DNA from: Fimicolochytrium jonesii | Lineage: Eukaryota | Direction of reading: 5' to 3' | NCBI RefSeq assembly: GCF_025526975.1 | Contig: NW_026515673.1 | Coordinates: forward strand, 310,001 to 374,000 | DNA length: 64,000 bases | In this document: positions 26,384 to 37,031 of the stretch, one piece after another | How positions within the stretch are numbered: position 1 is the stretch's first letter | Layout of the letters: each line of letters starts with the position of its first letter | The notes under the pieces: model-generated | What the model was told of the DNA's origin: nothing | Databases searched by the model: none | Seen by the model: only the letters and a program-made list of their open reading frames with translations | Translations under genes and position numbers: made by a program

Positions 26384-28289
26384 ATGGTCCCACCGGCCAT
26401 GAAACGCAAGCTGGATGCCGAGGTCGATGCTGTGGTCGGCGCGGCAGCAAATGATCTAGTAAAGCAAGAGAAGGTGTCCCCTGTGAAGAAAAAGGTCAAG
26501 GAAGAAGCGGCCGCCGATACACAAGTAGCGACTACCGCAACAGTGCCGGCGTTCGTCAACCATGCGAAAATGGAAGCCGGTGGTGAAGGGGTCTCTCTGG
26601 TCTGGTTCAAAATGGACTTAAGGACAAAGGTATGGGCTCTTCTTCTGCGTTCGAAGACATGACGGAAAAAAGCTCACCCTTCTCAATGTACGGTGATCAG
26701 GACAACCCAGCACTATCCGCCGCAACACAATGCGGCCTTCCCGTAGTCGCCATGTTCCTCGTCAACGTCCCCGAATGGGTCGGGCATGACATGGCCCCCA
26801 TCCGCGCAGAGTTTATCATGCGCAACCTCGACGTGCTGAAAGGCGATCTAGCCGCGCTGAACATCCCGCTCATCATTCAAAACGTCGCAGGCAAAGCCGA
26901 CGACGCTTGCGACATGGTAGTCACCGTCGCGCAAACCATCGGGGCCAAAAAGGTGTTTTTCAACATCGAGTTTGAGGTGAACGAGAAAAGACGAGATGCA
27001 AAGACACGGAAAATACTGGAAGGGATGAACATCGAGGTGCACCCCTTCCAGGACCAGTGCATCGTCGACCCCGGCACAGTGCGGACAAACGAAGGCAGAG
27101 TGTACACCGTCTTCTCGCCCTTCAAGCGAAAATGGTACTCCATCGTGCACGACAACCCGCACCTCCTCCAAAGTTTCCCCGACCCCACCCCGAACCAAAA
27201 GGGCGCCCTCCAACAATCCATCCTGACCTACGCAGACCAGCACAGCACCCCACCCAAAGACCTCGCCAACCTCCCTTACGACCCCGAAAAACGCGCCCGC
27301 GCCGCCTCCAACTTCCCCGCGGGCGAGCACCACGCCCAGTCGCGCTTGCAACACTTCATCGACCACAAATCGAAAGTATACCACACCACCCGCGACAACC
27401 TCACCGCCGACGGCACGTCCTCGCTCTCCCCCTACCTCTCCAACGGCGTCCTCACCATCCGGCAATGCGTGGCCGCCGCCGTGAACGCCAACAAAGGCCG
27501 GTTGGATTCGGGAGACAAGGGGCTGACGAAGTGGGTGGACGAGCTGGTGTGGCGGGAGTTCTACAGACATATCCTGGTGGAGTTTCCAAGAGTGTCGATG
27601 AGTCGCCCGTTCAAGCTGGAGACGGAGGCGATACCGTGGCTGTATGATGAGGAGGTGTTTCGGCGGTGGTGTGAGGGAAGGACGGGGTATCCGATCGTGG
27701 ATGCTGGTGAGTTCGGGGAAGTAGCGCGGGTTACAATGTGCAGCTCACACCCCCGTGACCCTCGCTCCGCACAGGCATGCGGCAGCTAAGCACCGTCGGC
27801 TGGATGCACAATCGCACGCGGATGATCACCGCGATGTTCCTCACAAAAGACCTGCTCATCAACTGGCAACACGGCGAGCGCTTCTTCATGCAGCACCTCA
27901 TCGACGGCGACCTCGCCAACAACAACGGCGGGTGGCAGTGGTCGGCGTCCACGGGGGTCGACCCGCAGCCGTATTTCCGCATCTTCAACCCGCGGCTGCA
28001 GAGCGTGAAATGCGACCCCGACGGGAGCTATATCAGGACGTGGGTGCCCGAGTTGGGGAGGTTGAGGGGGAAGGCCGTGCATGATCCGTATGGGGAGATG
28101 CCGAGGGACGCTTTTATGAAGTTGGGGTAAGGTGTTGGGGGATTGTTTAGCGAAGGGGTTGGGTGTTTGGGAAAAGCTGACGTCCCGTCTTGCCCCATCA
28201 CTCGCAGGTACCCGGCACCTATAGTTGACCATAAGTTTGCGCGTGACCGCTGTTTGCAGGTGTTCAAGAAGGCGCTGAAGAAGGGCTGA
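26384..28289 (+). CDS. PHR1: Deoxyribodipyrimidine (CPD) photolyase, 4 exons
   Basis: [69 protein letters not shown] and [18 protein letters not shown] motifs. Confidence 0.95.
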
Positions 28290-29088
28290 GGTTTTCTTCT
28301 CCCCCTCCCCCTCTGAACTTGCATCGAAAACTTGGCGAAAGCCAATCGTGTGAAGGAGGGTTCCGCTCAATGTTTTTTTGGGTCATGATTCTTCCCTCGA
28401 AAAAAGGATACCCGTCTTCGAATATACGAGCGCGGCCTCGCATGCCATCCTGAACCCTCGGTTCTCTCCCTACAACGCCTGTTTTTCCGCGCATCACAGC
28501 CCAAACGGCTGGTGATCCACTTCCTATTGTCGACGGCCAGTCCAGATATCCAACGGAGTCCAGCGTAAACTTGCGGTTGAATAACACACAGCTTGCGCCG
28601 GATCCCCGGCCGACAAAGGGCGGATACCCACCACATACTGTACTTCTCACCCCTCCTCACCTCCTTCACCCATCTTCCCCAACAGCCCGGGCCCTCCAAT
28701 CCTTCACTCCCGGCCCCCCGTACGATCGGAACTGAACTTATAGCGAGGCCGCTCAGCTGCCACCTCAAAGAAGATGGGAGCTGCAGACGCAAAAGTCCGC
28801 TGAGAATTACGCGACGTGGTGGTTATGTAAGCCATTGACAGGCCAGCTCGCAACAGCCAAAGACAAAACCCCCGACAAAGGGTACTACAGCCAGAGGAAA
28901 GAACCAGCGCTCGGACTCGCCCGTCCCCTCCCTCCCCCGTCCGTTCCAAGGCACCCCACGACCCAAACATCGTCTCCGACTCCCCCCCTCCGATCCATAG
29001 AGTATTCAACGCCAGAGTAAAGGGAACTGGAAACAAGCGCCGAGCCATCCGCTCGCCCAAGGCTACTGTACGAAACGCCAGAGATGTA

Positions 29089-29246
29089 CAGTCACCTCGC
29101 AAAACGCTGTGCCCCCCGCGCTCCCGCCCCCCGCCGCCCCCTCCCTGAAATATATCAGCGACTACCGCGACGCCAAATTCACGTCAGTGACCAATATTGA
29201 TTTCAATTAGAGGGGGGGGGGGGCACAGCGTTTTGCGAGGTGACTG
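29089..29246. mobile_element. 158-bp Tc1/mariner-type MITE
   Basis: Perfect 29-bp TIR CAGTCACCTCGCAAAACGCTGTGCCCCCC at both ends, flanked by TA at 29087-88 and 29247-48. Confidence 0.9.
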
Positions 29247-29482
29247 TACCTATCGACACTCGAACGAGAAGGAAGACGTTGGACAAGCCTGAAGAACAGC
29301 GTCGAGGAGAAGCGACCATCGGCCCGGCCACCATCCGCGTCACAGGTCTCGAAGCCCAAGCCGACGAAACCACAGGCTCGACGTTGACACGAGACGTGGA
29401 ATTTCAGCCTGGTGAAGAAGAAGGCAACTACGCGGGCGGAGAAGAGCGGATTGGTTGGCTTGTGTGACAACGCGTTGGCTGT

Positions 29483-30394
29483 TTACAGGGCCACCATCAT
29501 CTTTCCCAATCCTCCCATCATGTCGACCGGCCAGTTGTCGGCAAATTCCCCTTCTTCCTCGGGGAGTTGCTCAAAAAGGTCCACCTCGAGAGCCGCCAAG
29601 GGAACGACTTCCTCCTCGTCGTCACTCGGCCACCCACTGTCCTCGTCCCAAGGGACGTCGTTTCCCCCACAGTGCTGCGTCCCTGTCCCTGTCCCCGGCT
29701 CTGTCCCCGTCCCCGTCCCGTTTCCTTCTGATCCCCCGTCCCTCTGCCGCTCGGCCGCAGAGTCAGGGGCCACTCTTTTTGTTGGCGGGCCGCGCTGGCT
29801 CGAAGCGGAATCTTTGCTTTCGGGTCGCTCCCGCTTGAGCGCCACGTCAGCCTGGGAACTCTCGGGCCTCGGTGGGGGCCCCAAGAACAAGGCCCGCTCC
29901 CGAGCGGCTCGGACGTCCAAGATATATTCCATGTCCTTCCTGTCTACGTCGATTGGGGTTTGCGTCCACTGACGGTAAACATCTTGAACCGCAACGCGGA
30001 CGGGTTCGATGACCAAGTAGCCACCACCGCGCTCCTCCAGTCCTTGTATTTTGATGGAGCGTCGGGTCGAATGGTGGCTCTCTCTGTTGACGGGTATGAG
30101 CAGGTCTGCTAGTTGGGCCTGCGAAAGATGCGTGCGTTTCAGAACGTCGGGATGGTCGTATGGACGGTTATGAAAGGATGTGATCAGCAAGACGGTTGCG
30201 TTGGGGCCGCCCGTGTGGAACATCACGGTCCATGCCGCAGGCCGCGGAATGCTCGGGACCGGATGGATCGACAGCGTGGGGCTGCCGGGAACGCTGGTGG
30301 ATGGAGACTGTGCTGGAGTGACTACGGTTTCTACGGCGTCAGAAGACAGCCTCATAGCGTAGAGTCGGCCGGGTACAGGGGCTGTGTCGGTCAT
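29483..30394 (-). CDS. Intronless orphan ORF (303 aa), possible PemK/MazF-like fold with acidic low-complexity tail
   Basis: Open ORF with a TATATATA box about 60 bp upstream. Pattern PGRLY..RPAAWTVM..VLLITSF..LIPV..GGYLVI..V is reminiscent of PemK-like proteins; the fold is an inference. Confidence 0.55.
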   Translation of the reverse strand: MTDTAPVPGRLYAMRLSSDAVETVVTPAQSPSTSVPGSPTLSIHPVPSIPRPAAWTVMFHTGGPNATVLLITSFHNRPYDHPDVLKRTHLSQAQLADLLIPVNRESHHSTRRSIKIQGLEERGGGYLVIEPVRVAVQDVYRQWTQTPIDVDRKDMEYILDVRAARERALFLGPPPRPESSQADVALKRERPESKDSASSQRGPPTKRVAPDSAAERQRDGGSEGNGTGTGTEPGTGTGTQHCGGNDVPWDEDSGWPSDDEEEVVPLAALEVDLFEQLPEEEGEFADNWPVDMMGGLGKMMVAL

Positions 30395-30454
30395 GGTCTG
30401 CAAGCGAGAGCGGAAGTGGTGGGTGAATGAGCGGGGAGAGGTCTGGTCGCACGG

Positions 30455-30463
30455 TATATATAT
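30455..30463 (-). promoter_or_regulatory. Putative TATA box of ORF 29483-30394
   Basis: TATATATA in GC-rich context about 60 bp upstream of the ATG. Confidence 0.45.
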
Positions 30464-30759
30464 GGGCGGAACAAGAAAAACGCGGCGTTGAAACCTGCGG
30501 TGACACATCCGGGCCCTCGTTCACGCGGCAGAAGATCCTCTGCCTCAGCGCTCACATACGTTTGCGCAGTCGCGTCGCCGACCATCGCTACCGTCGCCAG
30601 GCAGCTGCTCAACTACCATCCCCCCTCTTTGAACCCCACGGCCTCTGCATACAGGCAACGGCCACCCAAAGTATTGTAGTACATAATGTGCACAAGAGGC
30701 TGCTCTCCAAAACTGTCTCATTACTTTGTTTATTGTTACAACAAAAACAAAAGAAAACA

Positions 30760-31227
30760 CTAATCTAAGGAAACCTGAGCATCGTTTTTGTTGAATCCCG
30801 CAAACTCCTCATCACTCTCCTCCCCAGGGGTCCCAGTACGGCTCCATTCCTGTACGGAGGTGTTACAATGGTTAATGATGACCTTCATGACCTCCTCGGT
30901 GATTTTGGGGCAGTTGCGGCATAGGCCCTTTGCTCCAAGTGCGGCCATCCCGCCGCGGTGCATGCAGCATCCACATGGAAGAGCAATGCACAGTCGAGGG
31001 CCACACGGGAAGGCATACTTTGTAATGTCGATGTGAGGTCCAAGCTTGACTTTGAGCTGGCCCGGTGCGGTGCGTCCCCGCTGCGCTAGAGGAATAACAG
31101 CCTCCCCAAGAAGCAGCCCATCATCGCCCGCAGTGAATCGATACATTCTGGTTTTCACGCAGGGCTGACCCCCTCCTTGCGATGCAAATTGGGGACTGCG
31201 TGAGACCGTGAAGAATTCCCTCAGCAT
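30760..31227 (-). CDS. Intronless Cys-rich orphan ORF (155 aa), possible Zn-binding
   Basis: CGPRLC..CGCCMH..CRNC. An AATAAA lies on the minus strand about 27 nt after the stop, in a U-rich 3' region. Confidence 0.5.
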   Translation of the reverse strand: MLREFFTVSRSPQFASQGGGQPCVKTRMYRFTAGDDGLLLGEAVIPLAQRGRTAPGQLKVKLGPHIDITKYAFPCGPRLCIALPCGCCMHRGGMAALGAKGLCRNCPKITEEVMKVIINHCNTSVQEWSRTGTPGEESDEEFAGFNKNDAQVSLD

Positions 31228-31761
31228 GGAAGCGTACTTGTTGCGCGCCAGGACTCCCAAGCGTGGTGTACGAAGCCACGTCGGGACACCTCACGGTGTT
31301 GGATGCCTCTTGTGTCGGGGATATCTCATCTTCACTTGTATTTCTTATTATATCTCTTTACTTCTATTTGATCCGAGACCCGGGCTGGCCACCCGAGCTC
31401 TTGGTGATACATTACATAAGGCGCCAAGCCTCACTAAAGCCACGCAAGCCCCACTGGCAGCCAATATATAAAGCTGTCAGTCGAGCGGCCGCTGCGAAGA
31501 GCTTCTTACTTTTTTCTTCACTACAATACACTGCTCCCAGCCCTCTCAGAAGGGCCCAATATTATCTACGTTTCCTCTGACGTTACATCTTGCGCTGTCG
31601 TCGGTTGTCGAGCTGACCGTAACCTGTAAAGCAATGACCGCTGCGACCTCTCCCCCTGTCAACCTCGATGTTGGTGAGGACCAAAATAACACTACAAGGA
31701 GGTTCAGACATTAGCGGCTTGCGTCCAATAGCAAATGGTCTCAGGGACATACCACCGCAAC

Positions 31762-32260
31762 GAAAAAAGCGTTTTTTGCAAAGACGGGCAAACAAGGAAA
31801 AGTCCCTCAGTTTTCGAGCAATGTGAAATCCGTGAATATGGAATCGTTCTTCGGAGCCCACTGCGTCGATCTGTCGGGTCAGATGTAAGATCGCGGGTGT
31901 ATTAAATGCACCAGGCCCCACAGAAGGTCATGTCTACCTGGGCGATGAAAAACGATTTTTTGCAAAGACGGGCGACATGAAAAAGTCCCTCAGTTTTCAA
32001 GCAATTTGAAATCCGTGGATATAGAATGGTGCGGAAGCCCCCACCGCGTAGATCTGTCGATTCAAATTTTAGATCGTGTCTCTATTGAATGCGCCAGAAC
32101 CCGCCAAAGCATAGACCTACCAACGTTAAAAAAACGCGTTTCGGCAACGTCTAACTAGGAAAAGTCCCTCAGTTTTTGCGCGATTTGAAATCCGTGAATA
32201 TGGAATGGTTCCCCTAAGCTCGCTGCATCGATCTGGTCATTTCGAATTTAGTTAGAGTGT
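31762..32260. repeat. Three-unit tandem array, period about 180 bp
   Basis: Invariant AAAAGTCCCTCAGTTTT at 31798, 31981 and 32160, each followed by TGAAATCCGTG and GATCTG at identical spacing. Confidence 0.9.
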
Positions 32261-32734
32261 GCAGGGAAAGCGCATTGGTCCAGTTTGAAGCCCTAAGCGC
32301 TGCATACAATAAAATCAACGCTCCACCAATCAGTTTGAGGCTCCCCCACCTGAAACTTTCACAACGGACCAAGCATACCTATTGGAGTGAGCCACAGTGG
32401 ATAGACCTTCCAGAACACGGATGGGCAAAACTTCTACTGATTGGACGTGTGTTTGAAGGATTTCGCTTCCAGCACTTTTAATTAATAAAAGTCCACACTT
32501 TACTGATTATCAAGTCAAATAAAGTAGCTCAAGCGATTCCTCATACCCTGTTTAGTGATGTCTAATATTCTCAGGATTGTGGGTTGGGGTTGGTTGTTTT
32601 AATGGGAGTGAACGGGCAAGAAAAAGGAGCTGTGGAGAAAGCGCCGGCGTAGTTGTTTCCTGCCTCGCGACGCGACTGCGCGAACGTATGTGAGCGCTGA
32701 GTCCTCTGCGCCAAAACCGATAATGCGCCGTCAG

Positions 32735-32945
32735 AACCCAGTTCGACATCAGGCTGGTGCACACGCCCCAGCAATATCTCGACGGGTGCGATATCCTAAC
32801 CCGTCGGCGCATCGAGGAATTTCAACGACGGTTCCCCGCCAAGGTTCCCCACCCCCCCTACTTGGTGCCTCCCTACCTACAAGAGCCGCCGACCGGCATT
32901 CAGATCCGCGCTCTCCACGCTAGTGGCGAGCGCCGACCGCAATGA
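32735..32945 (+). pseudogene. Possible remnant of a DIRS-type RNase H C-terminus
   Basis: FDIRLVHTPQQYLDGCDILTRRRIEEFQRRFP loosely resembles the H(I)PGxxNxxADxLSR..F..P end of retroelement RNase H. Its TGA overlaps the recombinase ATG (ATGA at 32942-45). Confidence 0.35.
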
Positions 32946-33889
32946 TATCTCGTAACGCCTCGTATGCTGCTGCCGTTCGCGCATACGAGAAGATCACCAG
33001 AGCTAACCACTGGCTCAATCCGGACGGCGGGGTCTTCCCCATTTCAGCAGTTCACTTTGAAGCGTACATCCGTCTTCAGATCCTACGCATCAAGGGACAA
33101 ACCGGGCGGCCAATCCTTGTTTCTTCTGTCTCATAAATTCTTTCTGCACTCAAGGACCTTCACAATTCCATGGGTTTTCCGTTCGAACATTTCTACAAAA
33201 ACGAAATAATACGCCATCGCTTATCGGTTGCCGCCTCCCAAGCATCCATCCCGCCCACTACCCGCCAATCGGAACCGCTTACTGTAGGACATCTGGAGAC
33301 GTTGGCACTCGCTCTGGATATTCACAATAATCACAACCACGCGGTCCACTGGACAATGTCTCTCACTGGCTTCTGGGGATTGGCAAGGAGGCGCGAACTC
33401 GTAACTGATGGCACCGCCCAAACGATACCCGACATTATATCATTATCAGACGTCTCAGCTGTGCCCACCCGGTCCGGCGAATCTACTGGCTATGCAATAC
33501 GGATCAGACGCCCGAAAGTTAGGACCGCCCATATGCAGCATCTCGTTTTCTACCCACGCTCCGACCCACTCTGCCCCGCAGCCGCCATGTCTCGTCTCCT
33601 CGCGTGGCACGCAGCTCATCATCATCCCGCAAACCAACCTCTGTGGACACTTTCAGACGGGTCATATGCCACCTCCGTTTGGTTCATCGGGATCTGGGTC
33701 ACCGCCGCGGCAGTGCAGATTGGAACGTCTTTGCTCAGGTCGGGCGGCGCAACCGAGTATGCCTTCGAGGGGTATCCGTTTCAAGTGATTCAGCGCTTTG
33801 GACGATGGAGCTCTGATGCGTTCGAACAATATATTCGTTCACATCCGGCATTCCTGGTGGAAATCATGCTGCGTTACCGGCCGACATGA
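32942..33889 (+). pseudogene. DIRS/Ngaro-type tyrosine recombinase with one in-frame stop (33134-33136)
   Basis: GFWGLARRREL (R), RPK (K), LCPAAAM, SLLRSGGATEYA (second R; usual H absent) and GRWSSDAFEQYIR (W, Y). ORFs 32942-33136 and 33170-33889 are in the same frame. Confidence 0.85.
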
Positions 33890-34656
33890 GACGTTGGTAT
33901 TTCCCCCTTTGTTCCTTTCTTATTTTTTCTTTCTCTTGCTTTCAAATTGTCTGTTCTTTACGTCAATATATTCTGGTTGGCCGCCGAATCTGCTCTGCCC
34001 CGCTCTGCTCTGCTCTGCTCTGCCCAACTCATCTGCTCTGCTCCATCAGACCTGCCCCCCTCTGTTCCGTCCTGCTCGGCGCTGCTTCGCGCTTCACCCG
34101 CCTCGCTCCGCGCCGTGCAAAGCCAAGATTGGAGAGAGCGGAATGCTACGGTCAAGAAGGTTGGGTTGGAATCTCTTGACCGAAAAATAAGATTTCCGTT
34201 CTTTCTCCAAAGCGCTAAAAGACCACGAAGGCTGCCGAAGTCGACTGTGGTGTGTGATTTCATCCGTGACAGGCCTATACATACATACGATGATGCCGCC
34301 CTCCATCCGCGCGTCCCATCCATCCCCAGGCAAACAAAAAAAAAAAAAAGAATACGCCGAAAGGACCTCCCAAAAACTTGACTAGGGGCATGATGGACTG
34401 ACCGGGGGGTTGCAAGGCAGAGGATGCGTTCCTTCGGTGGGCATCCGTCTCCTGAGGTGGAGGCATAGGTAGATCGCATGAACGGCCAGGCACACACGAC
34501 GCTGCCCCAATCTTGTTGCCTCCCCCATGCGGTGTCACAGTCGTCCCGTCCCGCTGTGATCAGACGCCCCTACCCTTACACTCCCACCGCATGCAGTGTC
34601 GGCCCGTATCAACCCATACCCGCCTGCCCCCCCCCACCCCCCCTCCCCCCCCTCAA

Positions 34657-36806
34657 CTACCGAAACTCCTTCTTGAGCAACCTAAACAACGCCGCGGCCT
34701 CACGTATCCTCGAAAACTGGATACAGAACGCCTGAATCTCGACAAAGAAATCGCGGATGGCGATCGTTTTGTTGCGGTCGAGGGATTGGAGGAAGACGCA
34801 GACCTGCGAAAAAAAAATACCATCAAAACAATCAATCAATCAAATCCAATGTCAGTTTGTTTTTTCCGTTTCCATTCTTGTTGAACGAAAGGAGAGAGGT
34901 AATGAACATGCACGCCGCAACTACTCACCAACCGGACCTGGCGATTCTGAATAAACCGGTCCGTCGTGCGGTTACACGTCTCGATACAATGCACGATATA
35001 CAATCGCAGAAAATCGGTCGGGAGATGGGTCGTGTTGGCGAGGCGGTTGACGACTTCCAGGGAATGGAGCGACATGGGCATTGTTGCGAGGACTTGAAGG
35101 TGCGGGGTTGCGATGGAGATTGAGGGGGCGGGGTTGGAGAGGGGTGGGGTGGTGGAGGTGGGTGGTGATGGGGGTTGTTTAGGGGTGGTTGATGGTGGTG
35201 GGGGTGGTGATGGTGATGGGGAAGTCGATAGTTTGCCCGTGGTTTCAGAGGAGAGATCAGCACCGCCGGTAGCAGCCGCGCGAGCCAGAAGCCGACTCAG
35301 GAGGTGTGTGGCCATCTTTGGGTTGTTCTCCACGAGATCGGGCAAGGCGGCGGGAGTCAGTCCTGCCTTTGTCAGCGCGTCGAGGATCCTCTCTTCGAGC
35401 AATGGCGAGGATGTACCGGGCACGATCGGGATGATCGCGTCGATCCCGGCCATGAGACTGGGCTCTTGGCTGAGGGGGAGTGGGGCAGATAGTGCGGATG
35501 CGACCTGCGCAACGAGGTTTACGGGTATTTTGAGCTCTGAGCGGGTGTCCTTTTGTACTGTCGTCGCTGGGCTCTTGCTGGCAGGAGATACGGTGCTGGA
35601 AGCGATGACCGCTTTGCTGTCAGCGGATGATCCAGGTACCTTTGCATGCGTACCGGAAGGCACGCTTAGGAAAGGGTCACGCCCTATTGAAGCTGGATAC
35701 GTCGCTGGCACCATGGGCGAGAAGGGAGGCGACGTCTGAAAGGTCGGATGATGCGGCATAGACGTGACTGACGGAATGCTAGTCGGAAACGATTGCGGCG
35801 AAAGTCGCTGTGGTTCGCCCAACGCCGCCGGACTCCACTCATGCCTTGACCCAAAAGAAGATTCACTCTCTCCGGATGCAAACGCGGCTCCAAGGAAACG
35901 TAGAAGATCCCCCGGTGGCCCATTGCCGTCTTTTCTGCTACCGCTCCCACCGAAAGCGCCCTGTTCGCCAAAATCCCCCATGCCGCTACTCCAATCTGAC
36001 GGAAGTTGCCCCGACCACGGCATGTCATCTGTATTCGAGTTTGGCGGGGACGCACTGTTGTCGAAATGGCGTTGATAGCTAGGAGATGCAGGCGGGATCA
36101 TGGCAGGCGACTTGAAGATGCCGAGTAAATCCATCTGCTCGTTTTCATTTCGTGTCCCTTGAAAGAACTCCTTCGCAGCTCCGAGCGCCTGGTGAATCGT
36201 AGGAGCCTGCCCATCCCGCGCCATTTTGGCGAATGCAAAAAATGTAGGGCTCGACGTTGATGTGAGAGCAGGCCTGGACGCGGGTGGAGCGTCGGCCACG
36301 TGCGTCAACTTCGCCAGCAGGTTCCGTGCGTTGGGCGAGTTCAGCTCGGCCGCCATCCGCCTATTCTCATTTAGTGAATTGCTTGTGACGGCTATTATCG
36401 ACCTCGCCGACAAGTGCCCGACGTCCAGCTTCCCACCCATAAGCAGCCGCAAAGAAAGGTGCCTCTCACACACGGAAATGGCGAGTGGCGAGGGAAAGTG
36501 GGAGTCCTGACGGGCATCCACCTCGCCCTTTGCATAGCTCAGCAGCGTCGATAGAAACGGGTGAGACTGTGGCGGAAGCCCTTTGGCGGCGTAAAGAGCG
36601 TGCAGGACGAATATGGCGGTTATGCGTAGTGCAGGGTCGGGTAAGAAAATAGGGTCTCCGAGGACAATAGCTATTGCGCAGGCATAGTCGAAGCGGCGGA
36701 GCGAGGAAGGGGCGGCAGCACGCAGAGCCTGATGAGCGGCTTCCAGAGAGGAGTCTGTGCGAGCCAGAATGCCGTACAGCAGGTCCAAGTCTGCGGCAGA
36801 TATCAT
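34657..36806 (-). CDS. CNOT11: CCR4-NOT subunit 11 (C2orf29), 2 exons
   Basis: [41 protein letters not shown] and [37 protein letters not shown] motifs. Confidence 0.92.
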
Positions 36807-37031
36807 GCTGTTGGTCGTGCGAAGTTTGAACCCGACAAAAACGAGGAGAAGAGGGGCGACTTTCGAGGGGAGAGAAGCCGGCGAATGCAACGCGTTACTC
36901 ACTGTGTCCGCACGGCGTTACTTAACACGCGCTCGCTGTCTCTCTCTCGCGCCCAGCAACACCGAGAAGCCTGCAGGCCACGGCGCACTACATACTGTAT
37001 ATGTACTGCAATACTCCCACGAGCACGAGAT

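Noticed and set aside
31583..31921. ORF across the array as a repeat protein
   Set aside because: The second period (179) is not a multiple of 3, and other units contain stops.
31762..32260. CRISPR array
   Set aside because: Only three ~180-bp units, the inter-box sequences are still related, the context is eukaryotic and there are no cas genes.
32942..33889. Starship captain or Crypton recombinase
   Set aside because: It is short and intronless, and I see no DUF3435- or GCR1-like C-terminal region. The GRWxSDAFxxYIR motif fits DIRS-type YRs better.
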